Positions 9,877 to 20,119 of a DNA stretch of 64,000 bases are shown here, piece after piece. The notes below the pieces were generated by a model, which searched no databases, was not told the origin of the DNA, and worked only from the letters and a program-made list of their open reading frames with translations. The stretch is from Thermoanaerobaculia bacterium (lineage in GTDB: Bacteria > Acidobacteriota > Thermoanaerobaculia > Multivoradales > Multivoraceae), in assembly GCA_963664405.1 (NCBI GenBank), contig OY761158.1:5952001-6016000 (forward strand), given 5' to 3'. Position 1 is the first letter of the stretch. Each line of letters opens with the position of its first letter. A program made the position numbers and the translations under genes.

Positions 9877-10504
9877 GCTCCGGAAATGATGGCTATCATT
9901 TCCTGCGCCTAGATTACATGGCGCCGAGGACGGCGCATCCGGACTACGGAAATGATGGGTATCATTTCCTCCAGATGCGGAACGTGGCGCCGAGGACGGC
10001 GCATCCTACGGAAATGATGGGTATCATCTCCTCCAGATGCGGAACATGGCGCCGAGGACGGCGCATCCTACGGAAATGATGGGTATCATCTCCTCCAGAT
10101 GCGGAACATGGCGCCGAGGACGGCGCATCCTACGGAAATGATAGGTATCATTTCCTCCAGATGCGGAACATGGCGCCGAGGACGGCGCATCCTACGGAAA
10201 TGATGGGTATCATCTCCTCCAGATGCGGAACATGGCGCCGAGGACGGCGCATCCTACGGAAATGATGGGTATCATCTCCTCCAGATGCGGAACATGGCGC
10301 CGAGGACGGCGCATCCTACGGAAATGATAGGTATCATCTCCTCCAGATGCGGAACATGGCGCCGAGGACGGCGCATCCTACGGAAATGATAGGTATAATC
10401 TCCTCCAGATGCGGAACATGGCGCCGAGGACGGCGCATCCTACGGAAATGATGGGTATCATTTCCTCCAGATGCGGAACATGGCGCCGAGGACGGCGCAT
10501 CCGG
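9873..10504. repeat. REP-like array: one 40-bp palindrome unit followed by 9 tandem 62-bp copies
   Basis: Unit ctacggaaatgatgggtatcatYtcctccagatgcggaacatggcgccgaggacggcgcatc at 9944, 10006, 10068 ... 10440 (period 62). Contains hairpins GGAAATGAT-n4-ATCATTTCC and GCGCCG-agga-CGGCGC. Confidence 0.95.
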
Positions 10505-10603
10505 GAGTCTGCGGCGCAGACTCCCTAGGGTAGAAGGATTCGAGAACAGGCGGTCGCCCTCCGGCGGAGGAGCGAGAACGTCAATTGTAGAGAGGAGTCG
10601 ACC

Positions 10604-11902
10604 ATGGCGTGGGATTTCGAGACCGAGCCCGAGTTTGAAGAGAAGCTGGAGTGGATGCGCGAGTTCGTGCGCGACGAGATCATCCCGCTCGAAGAGCTCA
10701 ATGTGTCCGAAGAGCAGATGGCCGAGATCACCAAGCCGATGAAGGCAGAGGTGCGGCGCCGCAGACTGTGGGCGGCTCATCTTCCCCCGGAGCTCGGAGG
10801 CGGAGGCTTCGGCCAGGTGAAACTCGGCTTGATGCACGAGATTCTCGGCCAGACCGGTCGCGCGCCGTCGATCTTCGGCAACAACGCCCCCGACTCCGGC
10901 AACGCCGAGCTGCTCGCTCTGGGCGGGACGGCCGAACAGAAAAAGAAGTGGATGGAGCCACTGCTGGCGGGAGAAATGCGCAGCGCGTACTCGATGACCG
11001 AGCCCGACACCGCGGGCTCTGACCCCAAGCTGCTCAAGACGCGAGCTACTCGTGATGGCGACGATTGGGTGATCGAAGGGCATAAGTGGTTCACATCGAA
11101 CGGATCCAGAGCCGACTTCCTGATCACGATGGCAGTGACCGACACCGAAGTGCATCCCTACTCCGGGTCTTCGATGTTCATCGTTCCCACCGACTCCCCC
11201 GGTCTCAACATCATCCGCGACGTGCCTGTCATGTCCGAGCCCGATCACAAGACCGGCGAGCCTGGCGGCCATGCCGAGATCATCTACGACAAATGTCGTA
11301 TCCCCTTCGAGAACGTGGTCGGCGGCGAGGCGGGTATCGGCGAGGGCTTCGTTCTCGCCCAGAAGCGGCTGGGTCCGGGGCGGATCCACCATGCTATGCG
11401 CTGGCTCGGGGTATCGAAGCGAGCATTCGACATGCTCTGCGAGCGCGCAGTGTCTCGCTTTTCTCATGGTTCGTTACTCTCCGAAAAGCAGATGGTGCAG
11501 GATTGGATCGCCACCAGCCACGCGGAGATGGAGGCGGCCAGACTGCTGACCCTCCACGCGGCGTGGAGGATGGACCAGGTGGGCGCGTCGAACGCCCGCA
11601 ACGAGATTGCGATCATCAAGTTCTACGGCGCCAAGGTGCTCTACAACGTTATCGACAGAGCGATTCAGGTTCACGGTGCGCTCGGTTTCTCGACCGACAT
11701 GCCGCTGGAGCTCATGTATCGCCGGGCGCGCGCAGCTCGACTGGTCGACGGCGCCGACGAGGTTCACAAGATGACCGTCGCGCGCCGAATACTCAAGAAC
11801 TATGCCGCGGTCGAGGTGCCCTCCGAGCACCGGCCGACACGCCGGAGGATGGTCGAAGAGCGCTTCGCCGACTTCCTCGACGCGGAGGCGGTAAACAGCT
11901 AG
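10604..11902 (+). CDS. Acyl-CoA dehydrogenase family protein
   Basis: APDSGNAE, SMTEPDTAGSDP, RLGPGRIHH and AIQVHGALG motifs. Confidence 0.92.
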   Translation: MAWDFETEPEFEEKLEWMREFVRDEIIPLEELNVSEEQMAEITKPMKAEVRRRRLWAAHLPPELGGGGFGQVKLGLMHEILGQTGRAPSIFGNNAPDSGNAELLALGGTAEQKKKWMEPLLAGEMRSAYSMTEPDTAGSDPKLLKTRATRDGDDWVIEGHKWFTSNGSRADFLITMAVTDTEVHPYSGSSMFIVPTDSPGLNIIRDVPVMSEPDHKTGEPGGHAEIIYDKCRIPFENVVGGEAGIGEGFVLAQKRLGPGRIHHAMRWLGVSKRAFDMLCERAVSRFSHGSLLSEKQMVQDWIATSHAEMEAARLLTLHAAWRMDQVGASNARNEIAIIKFYGAKVLYNVIDRAIQVHGALGFSTDMPLELMYRRARAARLVDGADEVHKMTVARRILKNYAAVEVPSEHRPTRRRMVEERFADFLDAEAVNS

Positions 11903-12163
11903 CCTCCGGAGGTGATGGGTATCACCTCCTCCGGCTAGATAACATGGCGCCGAGGACGGCGCATCCGGACTCCGGAGGTGATGGGTATCACTTTCTCCGG
12001 CTAGATAACATGGCGCCGAGGACGGCGCATCCGGACTCCGGAGGTGATGGGTATCACTTTCTCCGGCTATTTAGCATGGCGCCGAGGACGGCGCATTCTA
12101 CGGAAATGATGGGTATCATTTCCTCCAGATGCGGAACATGGCGCCGAGGGCGGCGCATCCGGA
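11899..12163. repeat. REP-like cluster of 4 units between convergent genes
   Basis: Units at 11904, 11970, 12036 (period 66) and about 12098. First hairpin variant GGAGGTGAT-gggt-ATCACCTCC. Confidence 0.93.
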
Positions 12164-12190
12164 GCTCGTCAACGCAGGCTCCTCGCCGAT

Positions 12191-13228
12191 TCAGCGGAGG
12201 GCTTCGAGGTCGTGCCGGACCATCATGGCCACCAGGTCTTCGAAGCTCGTCTTCGGCTTCCACCCGAGCTCTTCGCGGGCCCGGGTCGCGTCTCCGATAA
12301 GAACGTCGACTTCTGAGGGGCGAAAGAAGGCGGGGTCGACATCGACGAGGACGCGACCGTTCTCGTCGATGCCTTTCTCGCTCAAGCCCTCTCCCTCCCA
12401 CTGCAAGGAGAGTCCGACGTGGGCGAAGGCGCGCTCGCAGAAATCGCGAACCGAATAGGACTCCCCGGTCGCGATCACGTAGTCGTCAGCCTTTTCCGCT
12501 TGCAGGATGAGCCACATAGCCTCCACATAGTCACCCGCGAATCCCCAGTCTCGACGAGCGTCGAGATTGCCGAGGTGGAGCGGAGCCTCGTGACCTCGAG
12601 CGATGCGGGCGACGGCCTTGGTGATCTTCCGAGTAACGAAATTCTCTCCTCGCCGTGGCGATTCGTGATTGAAGAGAATTCCGTTGACTGCGAATGTGCC
12701 GTAGGCCTCCCGGTAGTTGCGGGTCATGTGAAAGGCGTACGTCTTGGCGACGGCGTAGGGGCTGCGAGGATAGAAGGGAGTGGTCTCGCGTTGAGGTGTT
12801 TCGAGCACCTTGCCGTACATCTCGGAGGAGGCGGCCTGATAGAAGCGACTGTCGAGCCGGTGCTCACGAATGCCTTCGAGCAGCCGAACCACACCGAGGC
12901 CAGAGGCGTTCCCGGTCTCCTCGGGAGTGTCGAAGGAGATCTTGACGTCAGACTGAGCGGCGAGGTTGTAGATCTCGTCGGGTTCGACCTCTCCGAGAAG
13001 GCGGTGAAGAGAGGACGAGTCTCCGAGGTCACCCCATGCCAAATTGAGCCGACCCTGATTGGCTTCATCGCGGAGTAGATGATCGATTCGCGGAGTGTTA
13101 TGAATGGATGAGCGGCGGATCACTCCCCACACTCGGTAGCCTTTGGCGAGGAGGAGCTCGGCCAGGTAAGAGCCGTCTTGGCCGGTGATTCCGGTGATGA
13201 GGGCTTTGCGCTCAGATGTCTCGCTCAT
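12191..13228 (-). CDS. gmd: GDP-mannose 4,6-dehydratase
   Basis: [42 protein letters not shown] and [17 protein letters not shown] motifs. Confidence 0.96.
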   Translation of the reverse strand: MSETSERKALITGITGQDGSYLAELLLAKGYRVWGVIRRSSIHNTPRIDHLLRDEANQGRLNLAWGDLGDSSSLHRLLGEVEPDEIYNLAAQSDVKISFDTPEETGNASGLGVVRLLEGIREHRLDSRFYQAASSEMYGKVLETPQRETTPFYPRSPYAVAKTYAFHMTRNYREAYGTFAVNGILFNHESPRRGENFVTRKITKAVARIARGHEAPLHLGNLDARRDWGFAGDYVEAMWLILQAEKADDYVIATGESYSVRDFCERAFAHVGLSLQWEGEGLSEKGIDENGRVLVDVDPAFFRPSEVDVLIGDATRAREELGWKPKTSFEDLVAMMVRHDLEALR

Positions 13229-13314
13229 GCTTCCCCGAGGTCTCTCCGTTTTGGCCACGCAGCCTGCGGCTCGACGCGGCAGTTTAGCCGACGGAGTGGC
13301 GTAGTGCGAGCCGC

Positions 13315-14787
13315 ATGAGTCCTCCCGACAGCGGAGCGGAGGTGACTGCGATACTCTGGCGAGCCGCTGTGAGAACACGAAAGACCAAGATCGTCGCCAC
13401 GATTGGACCGGCCTCCGACAGCGCCGAGGGGTTGGAGGCGCTGATTCGAGCCGGCATGAATGTGGCCAGGCTCAATATGTCTCACGGAAGCATCGAGGAG
13501 CATGAAGAGGTGCTGGATCGCATCCGAGAGGCTTCGAAGTCGGCCGGGGTCGAAGTCGCGGTAATGGTGGATCTTCGGGGTTTGGAGATCCGTACGGGCC
13601 GGCTGGAAGGGGCGGCAGCTGTTCTCGTTCCCGGGCAGACCTTCATTCTCACTCTCGATGGGCGGGTCGGCGACAGTCGGGGAGTGTCGATCACGCATGA
13701 TCGTCTTTCCGAGGAGATCGCTCTTGGCGACACGATCTTTCTCGATGACGGCAAGATCGAGCTCGAGGTGACGGGCGTTCGGCGCGAGGAGATCGAGTGC
13801 CGGGTGGAGTGTGGCGGCACTCTGCGCGAGAGCAAGGGAGTCAACATCCCGGGTCGGGATCTCTCTTTGAGTCAACAGGGTGTCGAAGACCGAGAAGATC
13901 TAGGCTTCGCTGCTAGCAGCAGCGCGGATTACGTGGCGGCTTCGTTTGTGAGATCGGCCGCGGACGTGGAGGAGATCCGGGCGTTCCTCGATAGCCATGG
14001 CGCCGACCCGCCGATCATCGCCAAGATCGAGACCGAGGCTGGGGTGAAGAATCTCGCTGAGATCATTGCCGCCGCCGACGGTACGATGGTCGCTCGCGGG
14101 GACCTCGGCGTCGAATTGCCGATGGCGGAAGTGCCGGTACTCCAGAAACAGATCATCCGCGCGACCGTGAGTAGTGGAAAACCGGTCATTACTGCGACTC
14201 AGATGCTCGATTCGATGGAGCGCAACCCGCGGCCGACGCGGGCCGAGGTAAGCGATGTAGCGAACGCGATTTTCGACGGTTCCTCGGCGCTGATGCTCTC
14301 CGGAGAGACCGCTGTCGGGCGCTATCCGATCGAGGCGGTGAAGACCATGGACCTTTTGGCGCGGGCAGCGGAAGAACAACTTCGCGAGTACGGCGAGTTG
14401 CAGAAGATTCTCAGCCACCCTGCCGACAAGGTCACCGAGGCGGTCGCCCAAGCGGCGATCGCGATGACCGATCATCTCAAGGCTGCCGCAGTCATTTGTC
14501 TTACCGAGAGCGGGCGCACTGCAAGGCGAATCTCGAAGTACCGGCCCGAGTGCCCGATTCTCGCCGTCGCGACCACCGAGAGCGTGGTCAGGCGGCTGGC
14601 AATGAATTGGGGCGTGGTTCCCTTCTTCTACGAAGGGAAAGCGCTGGACTCAGAGCGGTTGCGCTTCGCCATCGACCGCGCGAGATCGGAAGGATACGTC
14701 AAGGAAGGGGATGTCGTCGTTGCGACCGGGAGCGCGCAGCAAGAGGGCGCTTCCACCGACATGATCCGTGTCGTCACTGTCGGATAA
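13315..14787 (+). CDS. pyk: Pyruvate kinase
   Basis: [29 protein letters not shown] and TATQMLDSM motifs. Start could be GTG at 13369. Confidence 0.96.
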   Translation: MSPPDSGAEVTAILWRAAVRTRKTKIVATIGPASDSAEGLEALIRAGMNVARLNMSHGSIEEHEEVLDRIREASKSAGVEVAVMVDLRGLEIRTGRLEGAAAVLVPGQTFILTLDGRVGDSRGVSITHDRLSEEIALGDTIFLDDGKIELEVTGVRREEIECRVECGGTLRESKGVNIPGRDLSLSQQGVEDREDLGFAASSSADYVAASFVRSAADVEEIRAFLDSHGADPPIIAKIETEAGVKNLAEIIAAADGTMVARGDLGVELPMAEVPVLQKQIIRATVSSGKPVITATQMLDSMERNPRPTRAEVSDVANAIFDGSSALMLSGETAVGRYPIEAVKTMDLLARAAEEQLREYGELQKILSHPADKVTEAVAQAAIAMTDHLKAAAVICLTESGRTARRISKYRPECPILAVATTESVVRRLAMNWGVVPFFYEGKALDSERLRFAIDRARSEGYVKEGDVVVATGSAQQEGASTDMIRVVTVG

Positions 14788-16363
14788 CACCGGGAGAACG
14801 GTCGGGGCGATAGCCACCCTGGGCGCTGCCGTCGTACTCATGGTCTCAGCCGGTCTCCTCGGCTGTTCGAAGGGGCCCCGTCCGTCGATCATCATCGTGA
14901 CGGTCGACACTCTACGCGCCGACCACCTCGGTGCCTACGGCCATGAGGCGGCTCGCACTCCGGTGATCGACGATCTTGCCCGGCGGGGTAGGGTGTTCAC
15001 GACGGCGCTGACTCCCTCTCCTCGCACGACTCCTGCGCTTGCAACGTTGCTCACCGGGTTGCGTCCGTGGACTCACGGCTCACGAGAAGTGGGCCAGAAG
15101 ATGCGAGCCGTGAGCGGCCTGGCCTCCACTTTGAAACAAGCCGGGTACGCCACCTTCGCGGTGAGTGTGAACGGCGCGGCCGGCCCTGAACAGAACCTCG
15201 ACCTCGGGTTCGATCGCTTCTTGGATCACTTGCAGGTAGAGAACCACACCGCCGCGGGTGTGACCGACGCCACCCTTGACCTTCTCGACGAAGCTGAGCC
15301 GACGGCGCCTCTCCTACTCTGGGTTCATTACATCGACCCACACTTTCCCTACGCCCCGCCGGCTTCGTGGACCGATCAGCCGGCGGCTCCCCTCTGTCGG
15401 AGTCTCTACCGGCGGATCGACGGCGACCTTCGAGAGACGGCCCTCCTTCGCGGTGATCTCGAGGGTCGCGCTAGCGCTGGTCTGGAAGAGTGCACCACGC
15501 TCTACGATGCCGAGATCGCATTCACCGACTTCCACCTCGGTCGCCTTTTCGAAGGGCTGGAGACCCGAGGGTGGCTCGCGGGCTCTTTTGTGCTCTTTAC
15601 TTCCGATCACGGTGAGAACCTCGGTGAGGATGGCCTCTTTTTCGAGCATGGCCCGAGTGTGCACGATGCCTCGTTGCGGGTTCCCCTCATCTTGGTCGGT
15701 CCGGGGGTAGAACCGGCGAGGGACCGAGGTATAGCGAGGCTGGAGGACATAACACCGACCTTGTTGGATCTAGTGGAGTTGGATCCGCCCGAGGGGGTGA
15801 GCTTCGACGGCGTGAGCCTTGTACCGCGTCTCGGCGCGGCTGGTTCGGAAGCGTCTGCGACAATCGCGATTGCCGAGGCCGGGAACGCTCTCCTGCCGGA
15901 GAGCTTCGCCTATATCTATTCAGGTCAGAATCGAAAGCTCCACTGCATCAATACCGCCTCCTACTCACTCTGCTCGGACGGCGATGGAGAGGTGAGGCTC
16001 TACGACCACGAGGTCGACCCCTATCTTCAGAGTGATCTGAGTAGCGAGCTGCCAGAAGTGGTCGAGGACCTTCTCGCAGCTCGAGATCGTTGGCCGCCGC
16101 TCAAGGTCCGAGAGCGCGCTGCGCACATCGGTAGGTACAAGCTGGTCGAGCGTCCTCGCTTCGAAGGTGGGTTCTCCGCAGCTCTTTACGACCTTTCCTC
16201 CGCGGCTGGAGAGTCTGAAGATATGAGCGCGCGTTTCCCCGAATTGGTGAAGCGTTTGCGCCGGGAGCTCTCACAGGAGCTCGATCGGACCGAGAGCTCG
16301 GAGCCGGGAGAGCTTTCCTCCCGCACGCTCGAAGCTCTGCGGGCCCTCGGCTACATGAACTAG
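14768..16363 (+). CDS. Sulfatase-like hydrolase/transferase (Thr at the nucleophile position)
   Basis: VDTLRADHLG, PRTTPALATLLTG, HYIDPHFPY and SDHGE motifs; lipoprotein-like LLGC. Confidence 0.85.
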   Translation: MSSLSDNTGRTVGAIATLGAAVVLMVSAGLLGCSKGPRPSIIIVTVDTLRADHLGAYGHEAARTPVIDDLARRGRVFTTALTPSPRTTPALATLLTGLRPWTHGSREVGQKMRAVSGLASTLKQAGYATFAVSVNGAAGPEQNLDLGFDRFLDHLQVENHTAAGVTDATLDLLDEAEPTAPLLLWVHYIDPHFPYAPPASWTDQPAAPLCRSLYRRIDGDLRETALLRGDLEGRASAGLEECTTLYDAEIAFTDFHLGRLFEGLETRGWLAGSFVLFTSDHGENLGEDGLFFEHGPSVHDASLRVPLILVGPGVEPARDRGIARLEDITPTLLDLVELDPPEGVSFDGVSLVPRLGAAGSEASATIAIAEAGNALLPESFAYIYSGQNRKLHCINTASYSLCSDGDGEVRLYDHEVDPYLQSDLSSELPEVVEDLLAARDRWPPLKVRERAAHIGRYKLVERPRFEGGFSAALYDLSSAAGESEDMSARFPELVKRLRRELSQELDRTESSEPGELSSRTLEALRALGYMN

Positions 16364-17067
16364 CCGCTCAATTTGAATCGGTAGAGCCGAGCGAGGTGTC
16401 GGAGATAGTCCCATCGCTCTCGGTACGAGAGCTTGCTTTCGCCGCGAAGGCGTTGGCCGAAGTGGATCGGTATCTCGACCACATTCCGACAACCGCATTT
16501 GACGATCAGCTCGAGCGCGATCTTGAACCCCAGTGGGTCGAGTGCGGCGGCCCGTGAGTAGGTACTTCGACGGAGGGCGAAGAAACCGGCCATGGGATCG
16601 TTGATGCGGGTCAGGGGGCGCGCCAGGAGGGTAGCCACCTTCGAATTGACCAGGCGGTCGAGCCCCCACCCGGCCTCCGTGCTCCCTCCTTCCACATAGC
16701 GGCTGCCGAGGGCGAAGTCGACACCTTCCTCGTCGAGTGCCGCCACGAGCTCACCGAGCTTCTCGGGGGGGTGAGAGAGGTCCGCGTCCATGACCGCGAG
16801 TACTTCGCCCTGAGATCTTTCCATCGCATGAACGACAGCACCGGCCAGCCCTCGCGCACCTCGTCGCACCAGCAGGCGCACCGGGAAACGAGTCGTGAGC
16901 TCGGCACAGACGCTCTCTGTGTCGTCGGGGCTGTCATCGTCGACGATAACGATCTCTCCCTCGCGAGCCGCGGATTCGAGAGCCTGCACGATACGAGGAA
17001 CTAGCACCGGGAGGTTCTCGGCCTCGAGGTAGGTGGGCACGATGACGGTGATCTCGGGTGCACTCAT
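16360..17067 (-). CDS. GT2 glycosyltransferase, polyprenol-phosphate mannose synthase-like
   Basis: VIVPTYLE, VDDDSPD, MDADLSHPPE, GSRY and DPMAGF motifs. Confidence 0.9.
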   Translation of the reverse strand: MSAPEITVIVPTYLEAENLPVLVPRIVQALESAAREGEIVIVDDDSPDDTESVCAELTTRFPVRLLVRRGARGLAGAVVHAMERSQGEVLAVMDADLSHPPEKLGELVAALDEEGVDFALGSRYVEGGSTEAGWGLDRLVNSKVATLLARPLTRINDPMAGFFALRRSTYSRAAALDPLGFKIALELIVKCGCRNVVEIPIHFGQRLRGESKLSYRERWDYLRHLARLYRFKLSG

Positions 17068-17220
17068 GGCGAGCTCAGCCTGCGATGTGACGATTCTATG
17101 GCCCTTCTTGCGATGGCGGCGAAAGAAGGCCGAGGAGCGACGAGAGAAAGCCGAGGTATAGTCGCGCCGCTCTCTGCAGATGCCTCGCCGGGCGCGGGAG
17201 CGTGCCCCTCTTTTTCGATC

Positions 17221-17834
17221 ATGAGCATGGCGGAATCCATCGATACTGGGACAGTGCTGCCGAGACGTCTGGGTAGCGTTTGCGGTAAGCGTCCAGGAGC
17301 TACGCTCGTATGCATCGGCGGCCTCCACGGCAACGAGCCGGCAGGGGTGATCGCGCTGCAGCGCTTTTTTGCTTCGGTGGAGGTGGGCAGCGAGCTCAGA
17401 GGGAGGGTGATCGGCCTGGCCGGCAATCTGCGGGCGCTGGCGGCCGGGCAGCGACGGTGGCGAAGGGTGAGCTTGTGGGCCGTTCCAAAGCGGCAGAGGT
17501 CCATGCACCCATGTCTGGGCTTCTCTTGATGCCCCTCTACCAGGCCCAGGGAGAAGAAGGCTTCTATGTCGTGACCAAGGTTTCTTCCCGCTGGTTGGCG
17601 GTCTCCGAGCTGGCTCGTCGCCTAGGTGTGGCGCGAGTGCTATGTCTCTTTTCCGGCGTCGATGCGGCTCCTGGCGAAGGCGGCCGACTGAGAGTCGATC
17701 TGCGAATTGCCAGCGCTCTGACGCTGCGGCTGTGCCATATCCTCGGTTATCGACAGCAGGGCGCGACACCTGTCGTGGTCATGACGCCGCGTGCGCCTAG
17801 ACGACCTCGGCCTCGCCACGAGCCAGAGCACTAA
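17221..17834 (+). pseudogene. Succinylglutamate desuccinylase/aspartoacylase family gene with internal deletion
   Basis: N-terminal GGLHGNEPAG..AGNLRALAAGQR switches frame near 17453 straight into the C-terminal GELV..APMSGLLLMPLYQAQGEEGFY. The DLNR motif and central part are missing. Confidence 0.7.
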
Positions 17835-17858
17835 GAGAGAACAGGGGAGAGATCTGTC

Positions 17859-18584
17859 ATGAGTAGAGAAATCGAGACCGTGGACATGCTCGAGGGCATT
17901 GCGACAGCGAGAAGTATCCGCAGGTATCACTTCGATCCGATTCCGGAGGAAGATCTCGCTCGGATCCTCTACGCGGCAACCAGAGCTCCGTCAGGCACTA
18001 ACCGGCAGCCCTTCCGTTTCGTCGTTCTGCGAGACGGCGAACAAGGGACTGCGGCGAAGGCCCTGCTCGGAGAGGCGTTCCGCCGTGGCTGGGCGAAGAA
18101 GTCCGGGAGCGAAGGATGGCGAAAACCCGGCGACGACAAGCGCAAGTCTCGCAGAGTCCGCTCTATGGAGACGATGCAGTTCTATGTCGACAATTTCGAG
18201 CGCATTCCCGTCGTCGTGCTGGCGTGTTTGTTGCGCTACCGGGCTCCCCACCATGGCGAGGGATCTTCGGTCTATCCCGCTTGCCAGAATATTCTTCTCG
18301 CTGCCAGGGCACTCGGCTACGGAGCCTCCTTTGCAGGCTGGCATCGGGGCGTCGAGAAGGAGCTGAAGAAGCTTCTCGGCATGCCGGAGGAAGCTGTCGT
18401 CTCCCTCACCATCACCATGGGGAAGCCGCGAGGAAAACACGGCCCGCTGCGGCGCTTCCCGGTCAAAGAGCTCGTCTTCGAGGAAGGCTGGGGAAACCCT
18501 GCGAGCTGGATCGACGACCCCGAGGGAGCTCGCCTCTCCCGCTCTCGGATGCAATCTGCCGATGGACCTCGCCTCCGGAAGTGA
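17859..18584 (+). CDS. Nitroreductase family protein
   Basis: ARSIRRY, RAPSGTNRQPFRF and QNILLAARALGYG motifs. Confidence 0.88.
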   Translation: MSREIETVDMLEGIATARSIRRYHFDPIPEEDLARILYAATRAPSGTNRQPFRFVVLRDGEQGTAAKALLGEAFRRGWAKKSGSEGWRKPGDDKRKSRRVRSMETMQFYVDNFERIPVVVLACLLRYRAPHHGEGSSVYPACQNILLAARALGYGASFAGWHRGVEKELKKLLGMPEEAVVSLTITMGKPRGKHGPLRRFPVKELVFEEGWGNPASWIDDPEGARLSRSRMQSADGPRLRK

Positions 18585-18689
18585 TTGCTATCACTTCCTG
18601 CGGCTCGTTGCTGTTCGGCGCCGAGGACGGCGCACTCGGGCCTTGCTTCCTATTCCCTCCGGGAAACGGCTCAGGACGAATGCTCGGAC
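18568..18689. repeat. Extended REP-like unit (about 120 bp), homologous to 32569-32689
   Basis: GGAAGTGAT-tgct-ATCACTTCC, then GGCGCCGAGGACGGCGCA, then a tail ttgcttc.tattc.ctc.gggaaacggctc.gg.cgaat.ctcgga shared with the 32.6 kb copy. Confidence 0.85.
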
Positions 18690-18726
18690 TCACTCCAAGC
18701 CGCACCAGAGGATGAGGCTCGCTGCA

Positions 18727-18897
18727 GCCTAGTGTCCCGTGCGGGAAGTTCGTTGCCATTCGAGCGCCGATGCATCCCGCTGGGCGGCGTTGCTCCTCGT
18801 CGACAGAGTCCCAGCTATGCCTGCCTCGGAGCGCCTTGCCCAGCGGGCGCCTCGACGCTCTCGGTGGTCAACGAACTTCCCACACGGGACACTAGGC
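18727..18897. mobile_element. MITE-like element with 29-bp terminal inverted repeats containing CTAG
   Basis: gcctagtgtcccgtgcgggaagttcgttg (18727-18755) matches the reverse complement of 18869-18897 with one mismatch. No ORF. Confidence 0.75.
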
Positions 18898-18934
18898 GTA
18901 AGAGCGATACCGATCGCTCAGATTACTTTATGTC

Positions 18935-19083
18935 TCCGGAGGATCCGGGTGCGCCGTCCTCGGCGCCATGTTGAGAGATTTGTAGGAAGTGATACCCATC
19001 ACTTCCGGAGGATCCGGATGCGCCGTCCTCGGCGCCATGTGATGTAGCTTCCGGAAGTGATACCCATCACTTCCGTAAGCTAC
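18935..19083. repeat. Two REP-like units in reverse orientation
   Basis: gcgccgtcctcggcgccatg twice; GGAAGTGAT-accc-ATCACTTCC twice; 40-bp palindrome at 19044-19083. Confidence 0.9.
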
Positions 19084-19961
19084 TGGAGGCTACTGTGGAC
19101 GGTCTCGATCCAGACTTCGGTGGTGATGAAGCCCGAGCCCCAGCCGTCCCACTCGTCAGAGAGACCGGCCTTCTTTATCTCGTCGAGGGACTTGCCGCTG
19201 TCGATGCCCTTCTGCACGGTTCCTACCGACTCTTTCAGCATTCGATGGGTAGTTGCGAGGGTGTCCAGGTCGGCCAGCGCGCCGTGTCCGGGGATGAGCG
19301 TGAGTCCTTTCACGTTCTTGAATTCGCGGAGAACCATTTCCACATTGCGGGTCATACCCTGGACCGTGCCACCCGATCCGAGGTCGACAAAGGGGAAACG
19401 CGAGTTGAAGAAATGGTCGCCCATGTGGAGGACCTTCGAGTCCTTGAAATAGATGATGCTGTCGCCATCGGTGTGTCCGTTGGCCACATGGGTCATCTCG
19501 ATCTCTTCACCGTTGAAGTAGATACTGAGTCCTTCATCGAAGGTGATCACAGGTAGGGCTGCCGGGGGCGCGGGCGGTGTGACCCTTCCGTTACGGTTGG
19601 TCTGCTCTTTCGACAGCCGTGCGCGAACATTGTTGTGAGCGACGATCAGGGCTTCGAGGCCGAAGACCGAGTTCCCGCCGGTGTGGTCTCCGTGGAAGTG
19701 GGTATTGAGTACGTACTCGAGCTTCCCGCGGTCGATACTCTGCAGCGCTGCCTTGATCTTGTCCGCCAAGGATGCGAACTGGTCGTCGACAATGAGAACG
19801 CCGTCCTCGCCGGCGGAAACGCCGATGTTGCCGCCCTGTCCCATCAACATGTGGACGTTGCCGGCAACATGAGTCGAGGTGATCTCGACGTCGTCGAAAT
19901 TCTGCGCCGCAAGGGGCATAGATACGGCAAGAGCAATAGCTGCGATCCGCACTGTTCGCAT
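19080..19961 (-). CDS. MBL-fold metallo-hydrolase, secreted
   Basis: NTHFHGDHTGGN, GHTDGD, HMGD and IPGHG motifs; signal peptide. Confidence 0.88.
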   Translation of the reverse strand: MRTVRIAAIALAVSMPLAAQNFDDVEITSTHVAGNVHMLMGQGGNIGVSAGEDGVLIVDDQFASLADKIKAALQSIDRGKLEYVLNTHFHGDHTGGNSVFGLEALIVAHNNVRARLSKEQTNRNGRVTPPAPPAALPVITFDEGLSIYFNGEEIEMTHVANGHTDGDSIIYFKDSKVLHMGDHFFNSRFPFVDLGSGGTVQGMTRNVEMVLREFKNVKGLTLIPGHGALADLDTLATTHRMLKESVGTVQKGIDSGKSLDEIKKAGLSDEWDGWGSGFITTEVWIETVHSSLQ

Positions 19962-20119
19962 AATCATCTCCTTTAGCGCGACCTTGAATCTCATCTGCGT
20001 CGCACCCGAGGCACTAGGTTAACCAAAAAGGGCCTTCTTGTGCAGCTGGAGAGGTCGGGCGAGTGCCGTCCTCTGCGAGTTTTTGCGTCTCCTCGGTTGA
20101 AGGGATATTCTCTGGCGCT

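Noticed and set aside
9944-10501. CRISPR array
   Set aside because: The period is CRISPR-like, but whole 62-bp units are near-identical with no unique spacers, no cas genes are present, and the same unit is dispersed between genes.
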